Both the position numbers and the translations under genes were made by a program. From an uncultured Pseudomonadota bacterium (GTDB lineage: Bacteria > Oederibacteriota > Muellerivitia > Muellerivitales > Muellerivitaceae): a DNA stretch of 64,000 bases. The stretch spans positions 224,001-288,000 of the forward strand of contig CAWJKT010000001.1 of the NCBI GenBank assembly GCA_963843375.1, written 5' to 3'. Position 1 is the stretch's first letter; every line of letters begins with the position of its first letter. This document shows, in pieces, positions 12,286 through 23,206 of the stretch. Under the pieces are notes generated by a model. It ran no database searches. It was not told where the DNA came from and saw only the letters and a program-made list of their open reading frames with translations.

Positions 12286-12704
12286 TGTGGAATAAAAATT
12301 TTTTAAATAAATACTATTTCCTAGTGGTCGCCATCTTTCTTTTAACTATTGTGGTCCACGCACAGCAGCAAGATGTGCCGGAGCCCGTTTTTGTTAACTT
12401 TTCAATTCAACCCCCTTATGTTCCGGTTTATCATGGCAGGGATCCCTTTAAGCCTTTGGATAATGTAAATCGGTCTCCTCAAATTTCAATCTCTGAATTA
12501 GAGTATCATGGTGTTATAGTCATAGCGGGGAATCCAATGGCCTTATTTACCTGGCGCGGGAACCAAGCTGTTCGATATACCCTTAAATATAGAAGATTGT
12601 ATAACGATGCCGATGTGGAAGTTGATGGGGTGGTAGGAGATATTGCGGAATCTGAGATTACCTTGATTCAAGGTGACCAAAAAGTTGATTATCCAAGGAA
12701 ATGA
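12285..12704 (+). CDS. pilP: PilP-like protein
   Basis: GRDPFKPL motif, signal peptide, position between pilO and pilQ. Confidence 0.6.
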   Translation: MWNKNFLNKYYFLVVAIFLLTIVVHAQQQDVPEPVFVNFSIQPPYVPVYHGRDPFKPLDNVNRSPQISISELEYHGVIVIAGNPMALFTWRGNQAVRYTLKYRRLYNDADVEVDGVVGDIAESEITLIQGDQKVDYPRK

Positions 12705-12719
12705 AAAGGAGACCATAAG

Positions 12720-15104
12720 ATGCGACGTTTTTGTTCGCACTTGATCGGATGCCTTCTGGGATTTGGAATTCTACTTGCTAGTAATTGGATTTCGTGGGCT
12801 GATGACATTGAAATCGATATGAGCGCGGGCTCCACTCCAACCCCAAACAGAGCGTCTCCTTTAAAGGTTGTTCCGACGCCTGAAGTCACTACAAAGGATA
12901 ATGAAACTCCCGTAATTGACAATTCGAAAAATGATTCCGGTTTAGCTGAAACGCCTTCCTCGAAAGAAAAAGGAGTGGGCGGAAAAAGAATTATTAATGC
13001 ATTGAATTTTACGACTGAAAATAATGGCGTTAAAGTTTCAATCGAAGGAAATAATCTTCCGAAACCTTTAATTCAAAAGTTGCCGAATAATAGAATATTG
13101 TTAAAGTTTGTTAAGACAAAATTAAATATAGCGACCAAAATTGAGGGCGGGGTTTCTTTAGTGAAGGATGTTCGCTCTTCAATTCATGGTGGAACGGCAT
13201 GGCTGGTTCTGGATGTCGATAATATCAAAAAGTTAAATCTTGAAAAGTCAGAGGTGGGTTTTTCATTATTTCTCAACTCGGAACAAGTTGAAAATAACGC
13301 GAATATTCCAGAAACCACTGTTCCGGTGGCTGATAGCACGGGGGATAAACAAAAGGGTTTGTTTTCCAGGCTCGTTGATGTTTCTTTAAAACCAACCGTT
13401 AACGGTATTAAAGTGGTTTTGACCTGCGATGGTCCTTCAAAGTATATAATCCGAAAATTATCTCAACCCGAAAAATTAATTATACGTTTTCAGGACACCA
13501 AATTAGAAATCGACGATAAATTAAAAACAATCAAAGCAAATGAAAATGAAATTCAAAAAGGTGGGTTGCTTTCAGTGGACAGTCGACAAATAGGTCCCGG
13601 TTTTTCGCCGATTTCGGAGGTTATGTTAACACTCGTTCCAGGAACGATAAGCCAAATTGATCGGGATTTGAATCAAGTGGTTCTGAATTTGTCGGCTCCG
13701 CCGGTCGTTCAAAAACCCGAGGAGAAAAAAGGAAATCTGAATCAAATTATTTCAATGGATCTTGAAAGCGCTGATATTAATGCCGTGATTAAAACAATTG
13801 CAGGGGAAGCTGGTTTTGAAGTGAATTTTGTGGGAGGCCCTTTGACCGGCATAGTTTCAGAAAAGTTTAAGGATATTCCTTTTAAAACAGCTCTTTCCGA
13901 TTTGCTGGCTCCGGGAAATTATGGTTATGACCTTCAAGGAAATACTCTCCGGGTTGGTCCGCAAGCTACCCTTAAAAGCACGAAGTTGATTTTGCCGCAT
14001 ATCACTGAAATTATAAATACTGCCGGTGGAAAAACTCCGGATGCATTTGATACTTTGGTGAGGTCCGTTCTACCCCCATCGAACGCTTCGACTAGTTTTT
14101 TTGATACGACTCGAAATGTAATAATTTTAAATGGAACGGCTTCTGATATTGAAGAATACAAAATGGCTATTAAGGATTTGAAGCTTGATGAGGGCTCGTT
14201 TGGGGACCGGATTATTAGGGTTGTTAAGTTAAACTATGCCGATGCCGCACAAATAAGTGTCCTCTTAACACCTTATTTGACCCCTGTGGGTAAAGTTCAA
14301 ATTAAAAAAGATTTACAACAGTTGGTAATTTGGGAGACTCCCGAAAGAATGGGTGTTCTTTTGGAATTAATCAATGAGTTGGATATCAAGCCGCCACAGG
14401 TATTAATTGAATCCAACATTATTGAAATTGATGATGAGAATGATTCAGCTATGGGGGTTGTTTGGTCCGCAAATCGAGGAACAGGCAATCCTACATTTTC
14501 AGCTGGAGTTGATCTTCCTCCCACAAATACAAATGCTGCTCCAGGAATATTGAGTTTTGGAACGGTTCAGAGCGGCATGAATATTTCTGCAAATATAGAA
14601 GCGTTAGTCACGCACAAAAAAGGGAAGGTCATTTCGCGGCCCAGAGTATCGACCCAAAGTGGAATTACAGCTGAAATAAACGAAACGGAAAATGTCATTA
14701 TCCCTACGATTACCCAAACTTCCGTTCCTAACGTTGGCATTCAAACGGTCGAAACATTTACATCGGTAGCCCTTCCTATCGATCTAAAAGTGACTCCTCG
14801 CATATCGGATGACGGAAAGATTACAACTGTGATCAGTGCTTCCATCACCACACCAAATGGAATTGCGGCACCCAACGCACCCCCGCCAACGAGTGTTCAA
14901 ACGGCTACAACTACCATCACGACAAAAAATGGAGAAACAATCGTGATTGGCGGACTTGTAAGGGACGTTGTACAAGAAGAAACCGATGGATTGCCACTAT
15001 TGTCTAGTCTTCCAATAATTGGAAGTTTGTTTCAAGTGCATTCCAAGACTGATCAAAAAGAAGAGTTAGTTATATTTGTCACTCCTACCTTGCTTGAAGA
15101 TTAG
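12720..15104 (+). CDS. pilQ: Type IV pilus secretin, probably with N-terminal AMIN-like domains
   Basis: QVLIESNIIE, LKVTPRI, KNGETIVIGGL, LPLLSSLPIIGSLF, ELVIFVTP. Confidence 0.93.
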   Translation: MRRFCSHLIGCLLGFGILLASNWISWADDIEIDMSAGSTPTPNRASPLKVVPTPEVTTKDNETPVIDNSKNDSGLAETPSSKEKGVGGKRIINALNFTTENNGVKVSIEGNNLPKPLIQKLPNNRILLKFVKTKLNIATKIEGGVSLVKDVRSSIHGGTAWLVLDVDNIKKLNLEKSEVGFSLFLNSEQVENNANIPETTVPVADSTGDKQKGLFSRLVDVSLKPTVNGIKVVLTCDGPSKYIIRKLSQPEKLIIRFQDTKLEIDDKLKTIKANENEIQKGGLLSVDSRQIGPGFSPISEVMLTLVPGTISQIDRDLNQVVLNLSAPPVVQKPEEKKGNLNQIISMDLESADINAVIKTIAGEAGFEVNFVGGPLTGIVSEKFKDIPFKTALSDLLAPGNYGYDLQGNTLRVGPQATLKSTKLILPHITEIINTAGGKTPDAFDTLVRSVLPPSNASTSFFDTTRNVIILNGTASDIEEYKMAIKDLKLDEGSFGDRIIRVVKLNYADAAQISVLLTPYLTPVGKVQIKKDLQQLVIWETPERMGVLLELINELDIKPPQVLIESNIIEIDDENDSAMGVVWSANRGTGNPTFSAGVDLPPTNTNAAPGILSFGTVQSGMNISANIEALVTHKKGKVISRPRVSTQSGITAEINETENVIIPTITQTSVPNVGIQTVETFTSVALPIDLKVTPRISDDGKITTVISASITTPNGIAAPNAPPPTSVQTATTTITTKNGETIVIGGLVRDVVQEETDGLPLLSSLPIIGSLFQVHSKTDQKEELVIFVTPTLLED

Positions 15105-15194
15105 CGGTAATTAAACATAAAGCAATCACCTTCGAAGGTGATTATCTTTTTACAAATAATCAAAGCCAGCCTAAATTTCATGGAGATATGAATC

Positions 15195-16358
15195 GTGAAT
15201 ATACGTTTTTTAACGGCAGGTGAGTCGCACGGAAAAGGCACGGTGGCCATTTTAGAAGGTTTTCCGGCTGGATTACCTATTTCTGCTGCCGAAATAAACA
15301 CAGAATTAGCGCGACGACAAAAAGGCTACGGTCGTGGAGGCCGTATGCTTATTGAAAGCGATCATGTCGAAATACTTTCAGGTATCCGAAGAGGAGAAAC
15401 TTTAGGATCGCCAATAACTTTGTTCGTTAAAAATAAAGACTATGAGAATTGGGAAAAAATCATGACTCCTGATTTTTCAAGTGAAAAAACAGGAAACCTA
15501 CTTCAAAGACCTAGGCCAGGTCACGCTGATTTACCAGGGGGGATTAAATACAATCATAGGGATTTGAGAAACATATTAGAAAGAGCAAGTGCCCGGGAAA
15601 CAACCGCTAGAGTAGCGGCGGGAGCGGTCGCAAAAAAATTTTTAAAAACATTCAATATTTTAATTCAAAGTCATGTAAGACAATTGGGTTCGTCCGTATC
15701 AAACAGTAAAATTTTAAAATATGAAGGTCTTAATGAAAAAGCGGATAAATCCCCTGTCCGAATTTTGGAAAAAAAGGCGGAAAAAAAGGCTATTGCCCTT
15801 ATTGATCAAGCAAAATTAAAAGGTGATACTTTAGGCGGGATCTTTGAAATTATAATAACTGGTGTTCCTATCGGACTTGGGAGCCATGTTCAATGGGATA
15901 GGAAATTAGATGGACGATTAGCTCAATCCTTGTTGAGTTTACAAGCTATTAAAGGAATTGAATTTGGCGAAGGTTTTAGAAATGCGGGTAGATTTGGATC
16001 GGAAGTTCATGACGAAATTGCCTATAGTAAGTCTAAGGGTTTTTATCATTTCTCAAATAACGCCGGAGGAATTGAAGGCGGAATGAGTAATGGAGAGCCT
16101 ATTGTATTGCGAGTGGCCAAAAAACCCATTTCGACCCTTCGTAAGCCATTGCGGTCCGTTAATATTGAAAGCAAAAAAGAAATCAAGGCGGCATATGAAC
16201 GCTCGGATGTTTGTGCCCTGCCCGCGGCAGCAGTTATCGGAGAGGCTCTCTGTGCCTGGGTTATTTCAGAAGCCTTTTTAGAGAAAATGGGCGGCGATTT
16301 TATGAAAGAAATCCAAGAACGATTTAAAGTTTATTTAAAGCACATAAGAGAGTATTAA
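15195..16358 (+). CDS. aroC: Chorismate synthase
   Basis: TAGESHG, RPGHAD, ERASARET. Confidence 0.96.
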   Translation: MNIRFLTAGESHGKGTVAILEGFPAGLPISAAEINTELARRQKGYGRGGRMLIESDHVEILSGIRRGETLGSPITLFVKNKDYENWEKIMTPDFSSEKTGNLLQRPRPGHADLPGGIKYNHRDLRNILERASARETTARVAAGAVAKKFLKTFNILIQSHVRQLGSSVSNSKILKYEGLNEKADKSPVRILEKKAEKKAIALIDQAKLKGDTLGGIFEIIITGVPIGLGSHVQWDRKLDGRLAQSLLSLQAIKGIEFGEGFRNAGRFGSEVHDEIAYSKSKGFYHFSNNAGGIEGGMSNGEPIVLRVAKKPISTLRKPLRSVNIESKKEIKAAYERSDVCALPAAAVIGEALCAWVISEAFLEKMGGDFMKEIQERFKVYLKHIREY

Positions 16359-16367
16359 TCTGCAAAA

Positions 16368-16907
16368 ATGGGAAAACCTTCCAACATTATCCTTGTCGGT
16401 TTTATGGGTTCAGGAAAAACTTCAACGGGTAAAGAACTATCAAAAGCACTGGGCTACAATTTTTTTGATATGGATAATTGGATAGAAGAGAAAAATGAGA
16501 AGAAAATATCAGAGATTTTTGAGAAAAATGGAGAAGCTTATTTTCGCCAACAAGAAATAGAAGCAATCAAATGGCTCGAGGGAAAAAATGATTATGTGGT
16601 GTCAACGGGTGGTGGAACTTGGATCGATAAAAAAAACAGGGAAAATCTTTCAAAATTGGGTTGGTGTATTTGGCTTAAAGTTGCCCCTGAAAGTTTATGG
16701 AAAAGGGTTTCAAATCATTTGGATCAGCGGCCTTTGTTGTCAAAATCTAAAAATCCAGTTGAATATCTTGAAACATTATTAAAAGAAAGAATTCCATTTT
16801 ATTCACTTGCTCAAGCTAGTTTTGATTCAAGTGAAAAGAGTCCGAAAGAAATAGCGCTTGAAATTATCGAGACCTTGAAAAAGAACCGACCATTTGACTT
16901 AACATAA
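16368..16907 (+). CDS. aroK: Shikimate kinase
   Basis: GFMGSGKTS, GEAYFR, STGGG, RPLL. Confidence 0.94.
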   Translation: MGKPSNIILVGFMGSGKTSTGKELSKALGYNFFDMDNWIEEKNEKKISEIFEKNGEAYFRQQEIEAIKWLEGKNDYVVSTGGGTWIDKKNRENLSKLGWCIWLKVAPESLWKRVSNHLDQRPLLSKSKNPVEYLETLLKERIPFYSLAQASFDSSEKSPKEIALEIIETLKKNRPFDLT

Positions 16908-16982
16908 CGATATAAACAAACTCCCGAATTTTGCAGAATTGCGATCCAAGAAAAATATTTTTAGTTTATGGTGATTTTGTTC

Positions 16983-18107
16983 ATGAAAAACGAGCCAAAA
17001 GTGCAAAAAAAAATAAAAGTTAATTTAGGCGATAGAGGCTATAAAATTTTTATTCAAAACAATATTTTGAATAAAAGCGGGGCAATAGTTAAGGAAATTA
17101 CTCGATCTAATAAAATCGCGATATTATCAAATCCCTTTATTTTTAAAAAATATGGAAAAGGTTTAATTGAAAGCTTAAAAAAATTTGGTTTGCAAACGAC
17201 TTTAATTTTTATCTCTGAGGGAGAACAGAATAAAAATGAGCGTTCTTTACTTTACATCATTAAAAATTTGGCACGAAATGGTTTTCAAAGAGATCATTGC
17301 CTCCTTGCATTGGGTGGTGGCGTAATCGGCGATTTAGGTGGGTTGGCGTCTTCGATTTATATGCGAGGAATTGATTTTATTCAATGTCCCACTACTTTTT
17401 TGTCCCAAGTTGACGCGAGCATTGGAGGTAAAACAGCGATTGATTTTGAAGGGATTAAAAATTTAATAGGAACTTTTTACCAGCCTAAAGTAGTTTTAAT
17501 CGATCCGATTGTGCTTAAAACTTTAGACAACCGCCCATTTAAAACGGGGTTGGCCGAAGTTATTAAATATAGCGTGATCCAAGATGAGAAAATGTTTGAA
17601 TTTATTGAGAACAATATTGACCTTATTTTGAAAAGAGATCCTAAAATAATTCATTATCTAATTACAAAATCCTGTGATATTAAAGCCAAAATTGTTTCTC
17701 GAGACGAAAAAGATGAAGGTCGGCGCGCCTGGCTTAATTATGGACATACATTAGGTCACGCCCTGGAGTCTTATTACAAATACCAAGTATTAACCCATGG
17801 AGAAGCAATATCTTTTGGAATGTGGTTTGCCACTTTACTTTCATTAAGACTCAAATTGTGTTCGGCCGATGTTTTGAAACGCCAATTTGAATTGTTTAAA
17901 AAAGTGGGATTGCTTCAAAAACTTCCATATTTTGATCCGCGAAAAGTTTATCAAAAGATGTTTTTGGACAAAAAAGTCCGAAATGGTCAAGTCCAATTTG
18001 TATTGACAAGAAAAATTGGTCTTGTTACTATTCAAAAAAATATCTCAAAATCAACGATTTTTTCTGCTTTAAATCAACTCCAGGTTGAAGCAAGTGAGTT
18101 AAAATAA
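16983..18107 (+). CDS. aroB: 3-dehydroquinate synthase
   Basis: GGGVIGDLGG, DASIGGKT, LNYGHTLGHALE, HGEA; start 16968 or 16983. Confidence 0.95.
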   Translation: MKNEPKVQKKIKVNLGDRGYKIFIQNNILNKSGAIVKEITRSNKIAILSNPFIFKKYGKGLIESLKKFGLQTTLIFISEGEQNKNERSLLYIIKNLARNGFQRDHCLLALGGGVIGDLGGLASSIYMRGIDFIQCPTTFLSQVDASIGGKTAIDFEGIKNLIGTFYQPKVVLIDPIVLKTLDNRPFKTGLAEVIKYSVIQDEKMFEFIENNIDLILKRDPKIIHYLITKSCDIKAKIVSRDEKDEGRRAWLNYGHTLGHALESYYKYQVLTHGEAISFGMWFATLLSLRLKLCSADVLKRQFELFKKVGLLQKLPYFDPRKVYQKMFLDKKVRNGQVQFVLTRKIGLVTIQKNISKSTIFSALNQLQVEASELK

Positions 18108-18110
18108 TTT

Positions 18111-19407
18111 ATGGCGAAGGATATAAATACGTCCGAAATAATCGAGTTAAAAAAGAAATTAGACGAAAATCCTGACTCGCTTATTTTTGCCCCTTTGGCT
18201 GATGCTTATCGAAAGAACGGGGGGTTGGAAGAAGCCTTTAAGATATGCAAGAAGGGTTTAGAAAAACATCCTAACTATACAAGCGCAAGAGTTGTTTTGG
18301 GGCGAATCTATCAGGAACAGGAAAAAATAGATCAGGCCGCCAACGAATTTAAAAAGGTTTTAGAAACGGATCCGGAAAATTTAATGGCCCATTCTCTCCT
18401 CGGGGCAATCTATGTTGCGCGAGGGAGATTGCCAGTCCGCAATCGAAGAGTATCAAAAAATATTGACCTTGAACCCTGATGATGAAGAAACTCAAGGGGC
18501 CCTCAAACAAGCAATTGAAAAAGCAGCGGAAGAACAAAAATCAAATAATGGGCCCAAAAAAGAGTTATTGGCTTCCGAAAAAAAGAACTCTCCAAAAGAA
18601 AGTACGGCTTCGTTAACCATAGCTGAACTTTATTTAAAACAAGGTCATTTTGATAAAGCTGTTGAAGTCTTCCAAGAACTTTTAGCCAATGATCCCCAGA
18701 ATTTGATGTTGCGTCAAAAATTAATGGAAGTTGTAGACCGTCAACAAAAAGAATCTTCTGTTGATACGAGTGTATCCAAATTAAAGAAAAGTGAATTTAT
18801 TCAACCGCCTGACCATAAAGAAGACGTTCTTGAGGAAAGCCGACCAGATTTAAAACGTCCAGTGACAGCCAAAAAAAATGACGATACAAAATTTACAAGT
18901 GATGATATCTTGCAGGTGATGCGTCGTGGCGGAAAAGATGATGTTGTGGTTGAAGAAGGAAGCGATTTTGATAAACCTAAAAATAATTCAAAATTGGTTC
19001 GAGATGTTAAAGTGGGAAGTCCGGAAAAGAAGCAAGACAGTTTATTGTCATCCGAACAGATTGAGAATTTAAAAGGAATTTTATCCGAACTTGGTTCTGT
19101 TGAAGGAATTATGAGATGCCTTTTAACAAAGGGAGACGGAATAAATATTGTTTCTTTTGGCGAACAAACCAACAGTAGTGAACTAGGTAAAGAAACAGCC
19201 GTTATTTTTGAAAACACGAATAAATCGGTTGCCCAACTTAATCAGGGCAAATTGAATCAAGTGCTTATTACAGCAGATTCGGGACACATATTATTGGTAT
19301 CATTTAAAGATTTTGTTTTAATTGTTTTAGCTAACAGCAGGATAAATCTTGGATTATTGAGGCTAGCTTTGGATTCTGCCATCAAGAAACTCGACAGAAT
19401 TTTATAG
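18111..19407 (+). CDS. TPR protein with C-terminal Roadblock/LC7 domain (frameshift near 18420)
   Basis: TPR repeats (FAPLADAYRK, LGRIYQ, TIAELYLKQGHF), charged linker, C-terminal Roadblock pattern GDGINIV...LNQVLITADSGHILL...INLGLLRL. Confidence 0.72.
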
Positions 19408-19478
19408 TTTTCCAATAAAAAAAAAACTATATTGATCTGCCTTGATGGATTTAAAAGAAATTCGGGCAGGATTACTTC

Positions 19479-19838
19479 ATGGATTTTAAAAAAATATTAG
19501 AAGAAACTCTTTCAAATGTTGAAGGGGCTATAGGAGCAGGATTAGTTGGAATGGATGGGATTGTTATTGACCAAATTTCACACAATTCTACTTTTGACAT
19601 TAACGCAGTTGGCGCAGAGTACTCAAGCATTATTAAAAATGCAATGCGCGCTTCCTCAAATTTCGGACTTGGAAATACCACCGAAATTTTAATCACTACT
19701 GATAAAGCAACAATGATCATGATGATGGTCGGTTTAAATTATTTCGTGACTCTTGCCATTAATCTTGACGGGAACTTAGGAAGAGGTCGGTTGGAGTTGA
19801 AGAAGGCTATTCCTAAGTTTGAAAAAGAGTTGACCTGA
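19479..19838 (+). CDS. Roadblock/LC7 protein, MglC/MglB-like
   Basis: 119 aa; VEGAIGAGLVGMDGI...YFVTLA...DGNLGRGR. Confidence 0.8.
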   Translation: MDFKKILEETLSNVEGAIGAGLVGMDGIVIDQISHNSTFDINAVGAEYSSIIKNAMRASSNFGLGNTTEILITTDKATMIMMMVGLNYFVTLAINLDGNLGRGRLELKKAIPKFEKELT

Positions 19839-19842
19839 TTCT

Positions 19843-20680
19843 TTGGCGCCCCAATTGAATGTTCAGCCGGCTGCACCTTTCCCAAAAATCTCAGTTTTAT
19901 TTACCCTAAAAGAAATTATTAAATCTTGGTTCTGGCGATATTTTGATAATTTCTTTCATCTTGTTTTCTATAATTTTTGCTGGGTGTTTTCATGTTTTGG
20001 TTTTGGTTGGTTATTTGTGCACTTTAATTTCGGGGCCTTTTTAAAGCAGATAAGGTTCTTGGATGTTTTTTTGATTTATATATTGGAAACGATGATTTCG
20101 CTTGGTTGGGCTTACCTCGTTTTTAAAGTTTTTATTGAGGGGGAAGGAAGCTTACGGGATGTTTGGCTGGGGATCAGAAAATATATATTTAAAGCAATGG
20201 GTGTTTCAATTATTTCGGGGTTTGTTGTAGGTATTTCATTATTTAATATCCGATTTTATTTTCATCTTAATAACCCGCATCGGTTTACTGATTTTTTATT
20301 AATGGGTTTTATTGCTTGGATTTTGGCTTTTTGGATATCGAGTTCTGCATATTATTGGCCGGTATTATTTTTTCAAAATCCTCCATTTCTTAAGATCTTT
20401 TACAAATCATTCCTCCTGGTTCTTGGAAATTGGCCTCTTTCCATTCTAACGTTATTCATTTGTTTAGCTTTTATATTGTTATTTTCAATTGTTTGGCCAT
20501 TATGGTTCTTTGTTGGAGGTGTTCTTTTGTTTTCGCTTCAATGTGTTACCCTTGAAAAACAACTGTCTAATGTATAAAATAACTTATGGGAATAAACCTT
20601 TGGATGCTCTTATGGAGATATGGGACCATGAACAACAACGAGGTTGGCGTGAATTTTTTAAACCATGGGAGAATAAATGA
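19843..20680 (+). CDS. Multi-pass membrane protein of unknown function (frameshift near 20565)
   Basis: About six hydrophobic segments; second frame continues MYKITYG...RGWREFFKPWENK and its stop overlaps the next start. Confidence 0.6.
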
Positions 20681-20964
20681 AAGAGTCTAAAAAATGGATA
20701 AATGTGTCTATATGTATTGTTTCCATTTATCTTCTTTTTAGTGGCAACCGCGGTTTATGGAATCTCTATAAACTTAATCAAGAAAAAAATAGTTTGTCTA
20801 AACAAGTTTTAATATTGAAAAACCAAATTGACAACTTTCAAGTGGAGTATAAATATTTTTCAAAAAGTAGTTCGGCTTTTGAAAAACAAGCGCGAGAAGA
20901 TTTGAACCTAGTGAAACCAGGAGAGTTGGTTTACAAATTTGCAAAAAAAGATGGTCAATATTAG
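20677..20964 (+). CDS. ftsB: Septum formation initiator, FtsB/DivIC family
   Basis: TM, GxRGL, coiled coil, EKQAREDLNLVKPGE. Confidence 0.78.
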   Translation: MKESKKWINVSICIVSIYLLFSGNRGLWNLYKLNQEKNSLSKQVLILKNQIDNFQVEYKYFSKSSSAFEKQAREDLNLVKPGELVYKFAKKDGQY

Positions 20965-20977
20965 CTCCGAATCTTGA

Positions 20978-21006
20978 TTGACTTCCATTCCCTTGGCCGG
21001 TATCCT
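20978..21006 (+). promoter_or_regulatory. Sigma70-like promoter for the tRNA pair
   Basis: TTGACT-17 bp-TATCCT. Confidence 0.5.
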
Positions 21007-21104
21007 GTTTTTCTTTTTAACGCATCTTGAAAAACCTTTGACTACATTTTCAAAAGAACCAAAATTTGAATTTTTGGTTTAGAAGTGGTGATCGGGTGTT
21101 TTTC

Positions 21105-21192
21105 GCCGAGATGGCGGAACTGGCAGACGCAAGGGACTTAAAATCCCTCGGGCCTAAAGCCCGTCCCGGTTCGATTCCGGGTCTCGGCACCA
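21105..21192 (+). tRNA. tRNA-Leu(TAA)
   Basis: GCCGAGA/TCTCGGC acceptor, AGGGA-CTTAAAA-TCCCT anticodon arm, long variable arm, GGTTCGATTCC, CCA end. Confidence 0.96.
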
Positions 21193-21244
21193 TTGATTTG
21201 TTATTTTCATTTAAAAGTCCGAGCGCTTTAATGCGCCAAAAAGA

Positions 21245-21321
<77 letters not shown>

Positions 21322-21330
21322 TTGTTAATA

Positions 21331-21358
21331 AAGTCGCTCCGTAAGGAGCGGCTTTTTT
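21331..21358 (+). terminator. Rho-independent terminator after tRNAs
   Basis: aagtcgctcc-gtaa-ggagcggctttttt. Confidence 0.85.
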
Positions 21359-21616
21359 AATTTAATTTTTTTAGAAGTCGAACCTCCCATTTTAAAAAAA
21401 CATTTAAATTTATATCTTATTGTTGAACGAATTTACGAGCTCCTGCCAATTGCAATTTAAGGACAAATTAAAATTAACCATAGAACCGCTTGAGCGTTAT
21501 GAAGGATTATGTCGAGGCGCGGTGTTAAATTAGAAGACAAGTGTAAAATATTCAAAAGCCAGCTTTATTCTTTTGGTATCAAAAAAACTATCGAACAAAT
21601 TCAAGGTTAGGTTAGC

Positions 21617-22406
21617 TTGCGTTTATCCGCTTCCATATCGCCTTGGCTTCCGTTATTAAAAGATTTTCTTTCAACTCTCATCGTTTTGGAAGAAAAGGCT
21701 GCGGAGCTTTATCACCTATCCTTTAATGGAAAAACCATGTTTCCCTTATGGATCGAGATGTTACTGTTTTGGGAGTGGAAAATAGCGGACGTTTAAAACA
21801 AAAATTGCATGATCATCTTTTAAAACAAGGTTTTCACCGTACTTTTAAAAAAAATGGCCCGGGCCAAAAAGTCAATCCGTGCTATTTTCGAGAGGATTTG
21901 GGAGTCATTCAGTTTGTTTGTCCGCAAATTCGTTTAAACCAAAAGGTTTCAACTCTGGTTTAGCGGCTCTTCCTGACAAACGATTTGCATTTCTTTTGGA
22001 AAATCCTCATTTTGTTGATGTGTCTTATCTGGGTATTCAATATGAAGTTCTTTTGCCACAAGTAGGAAGGTTTATTTTAGATAAGGGTTTACAATTGAGT
22101 AGCGGACGTTTTTTGAATCCTAACAAAATTTATGAGTCGGCACGAAACCTTTTAATTATTCTGGACTTATTGGTGGCAAATGATGATTTACAAGAAGAGA
22201 CATTGAATGACTTTTTAGAAATTCGGCCCCCCGCACTCGTTAAGGAGTTTTTTAGAATTTTGAAAGAAAATGGCCCAGGATCGGTGATTTGGGATTCCGC
22301 CCAAAAATTTTATTTGGAAAGATATTCGGAATCAAGAATAGTTACATTGACCAAGTGGTATTGGAAGTTTCTCCCCAGCGCCGCACGGTTCCTAAAAAAC
22401 CAATGA
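21617..22406 (+). CDS. Hypothetical protein, possibly degenerate GSU2403-like nucleotidyltransferase fold (frameshifts near 21733 and 21925)
   Basis: Three consecutive frames join into about 260 aa; FLLENP...VLLPQVGRFILDKGL resembles that family's C-terminal part; start uncertain. Confidence 0.4.
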
Positions 22407-22441
22407 AGTAATGAATCCTATGGGGTCGGTGAAATGATAGA

Positions 22442-23206
22442 ATGGATTTAATGACCTCTTCTAAGAAACATAAGGCTCCACAAACAGGACCCGTTGCGCT
22501 CGTCACGGGGGCTGCCAGCCCTTTGGGTACTGCGATTTGTTTTAAATTGGCCGAACAAGGAACCCATCTAGCTCTCCACTTTGGAAGGTCTCAGGAAAAT
22601 ACTTTAAAACTTCAAAGAAATTTGAAAAAATTTCGAATCGAAACACTTGTTTTACGTGCCAATTTCGGTAAATCGACCCAAATAGAATCGCTCATCGGAC
22701 AAATTACTCAAAAATGGGGAAGATTGGATCTCTTGGTCAACAACGCTTCACTCTTTCAACCTAGCCTTTTGACCGTTAAGAGTTGGGCAAAGTGGACAGA
22801 AATATTCCAGGTGAACGCTTTATCACCCTGTTTGCTGACAACAGCCGCATTTCCATGGCTTCGAAAAACCAATGGAAGCGTTGTAAATATAACCGATATT
22901 TACGGTGAACAGCCCATTCTCAAGAACTATCCAGGTTATTCTGTTTCCAAAGCTGCATTGATATTTCTGACAAAGTATTTAGCCTTGGAATTTTCTCCTC
23001 ACGTAAGAGTAAATGCGGTTTCGCCAGGGGTTATTACTTTTCCCAAGGACTATAAGAAAATCAAGAAAAAAGAATTAATTCAAAAGACTGCCTTGCGGCG
23101 AGAAGGTACACCTGAAGAAATTGCGGATGCTGTTTTATTTTTGACTAAAAATAAGTTTGTCACTGGACAAATTTTAAAAGTGGATGGAGGCCGATTTATT
23201 TATTGA
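22442..23206 (+). CDS. SDR-family pteridine reductase (FolM/PTR1-like)
   Basis: ALVTGAA, LVNNASLF, NITD, YSVSKAAL, VRVNAVSPG, VDGGR; adjacent to folB-folK. Confidence 0.8.
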   Translation: MDLMTSSKKHKAPQTGPVALVTGAASPLGTAICFKLAEQGTHLALHFGRSQENTLKLQRNLKKFRIETLVLRANFGKSTQIESLIGQITQKWGRLDLLVNNASLFQPSLLTVKSWAKWTEIFQVNALSPCLLTTAAFPWLRKTNGSVVNITDIYGEQPILKNYPGYSVSKAALIFLTKYLALEFSPHVRVNAVSPGVITFPKDYKKIKKKELIQKTALRREGTPEEIADAVLFLTKNKFVTGQILKVDGGRFIY

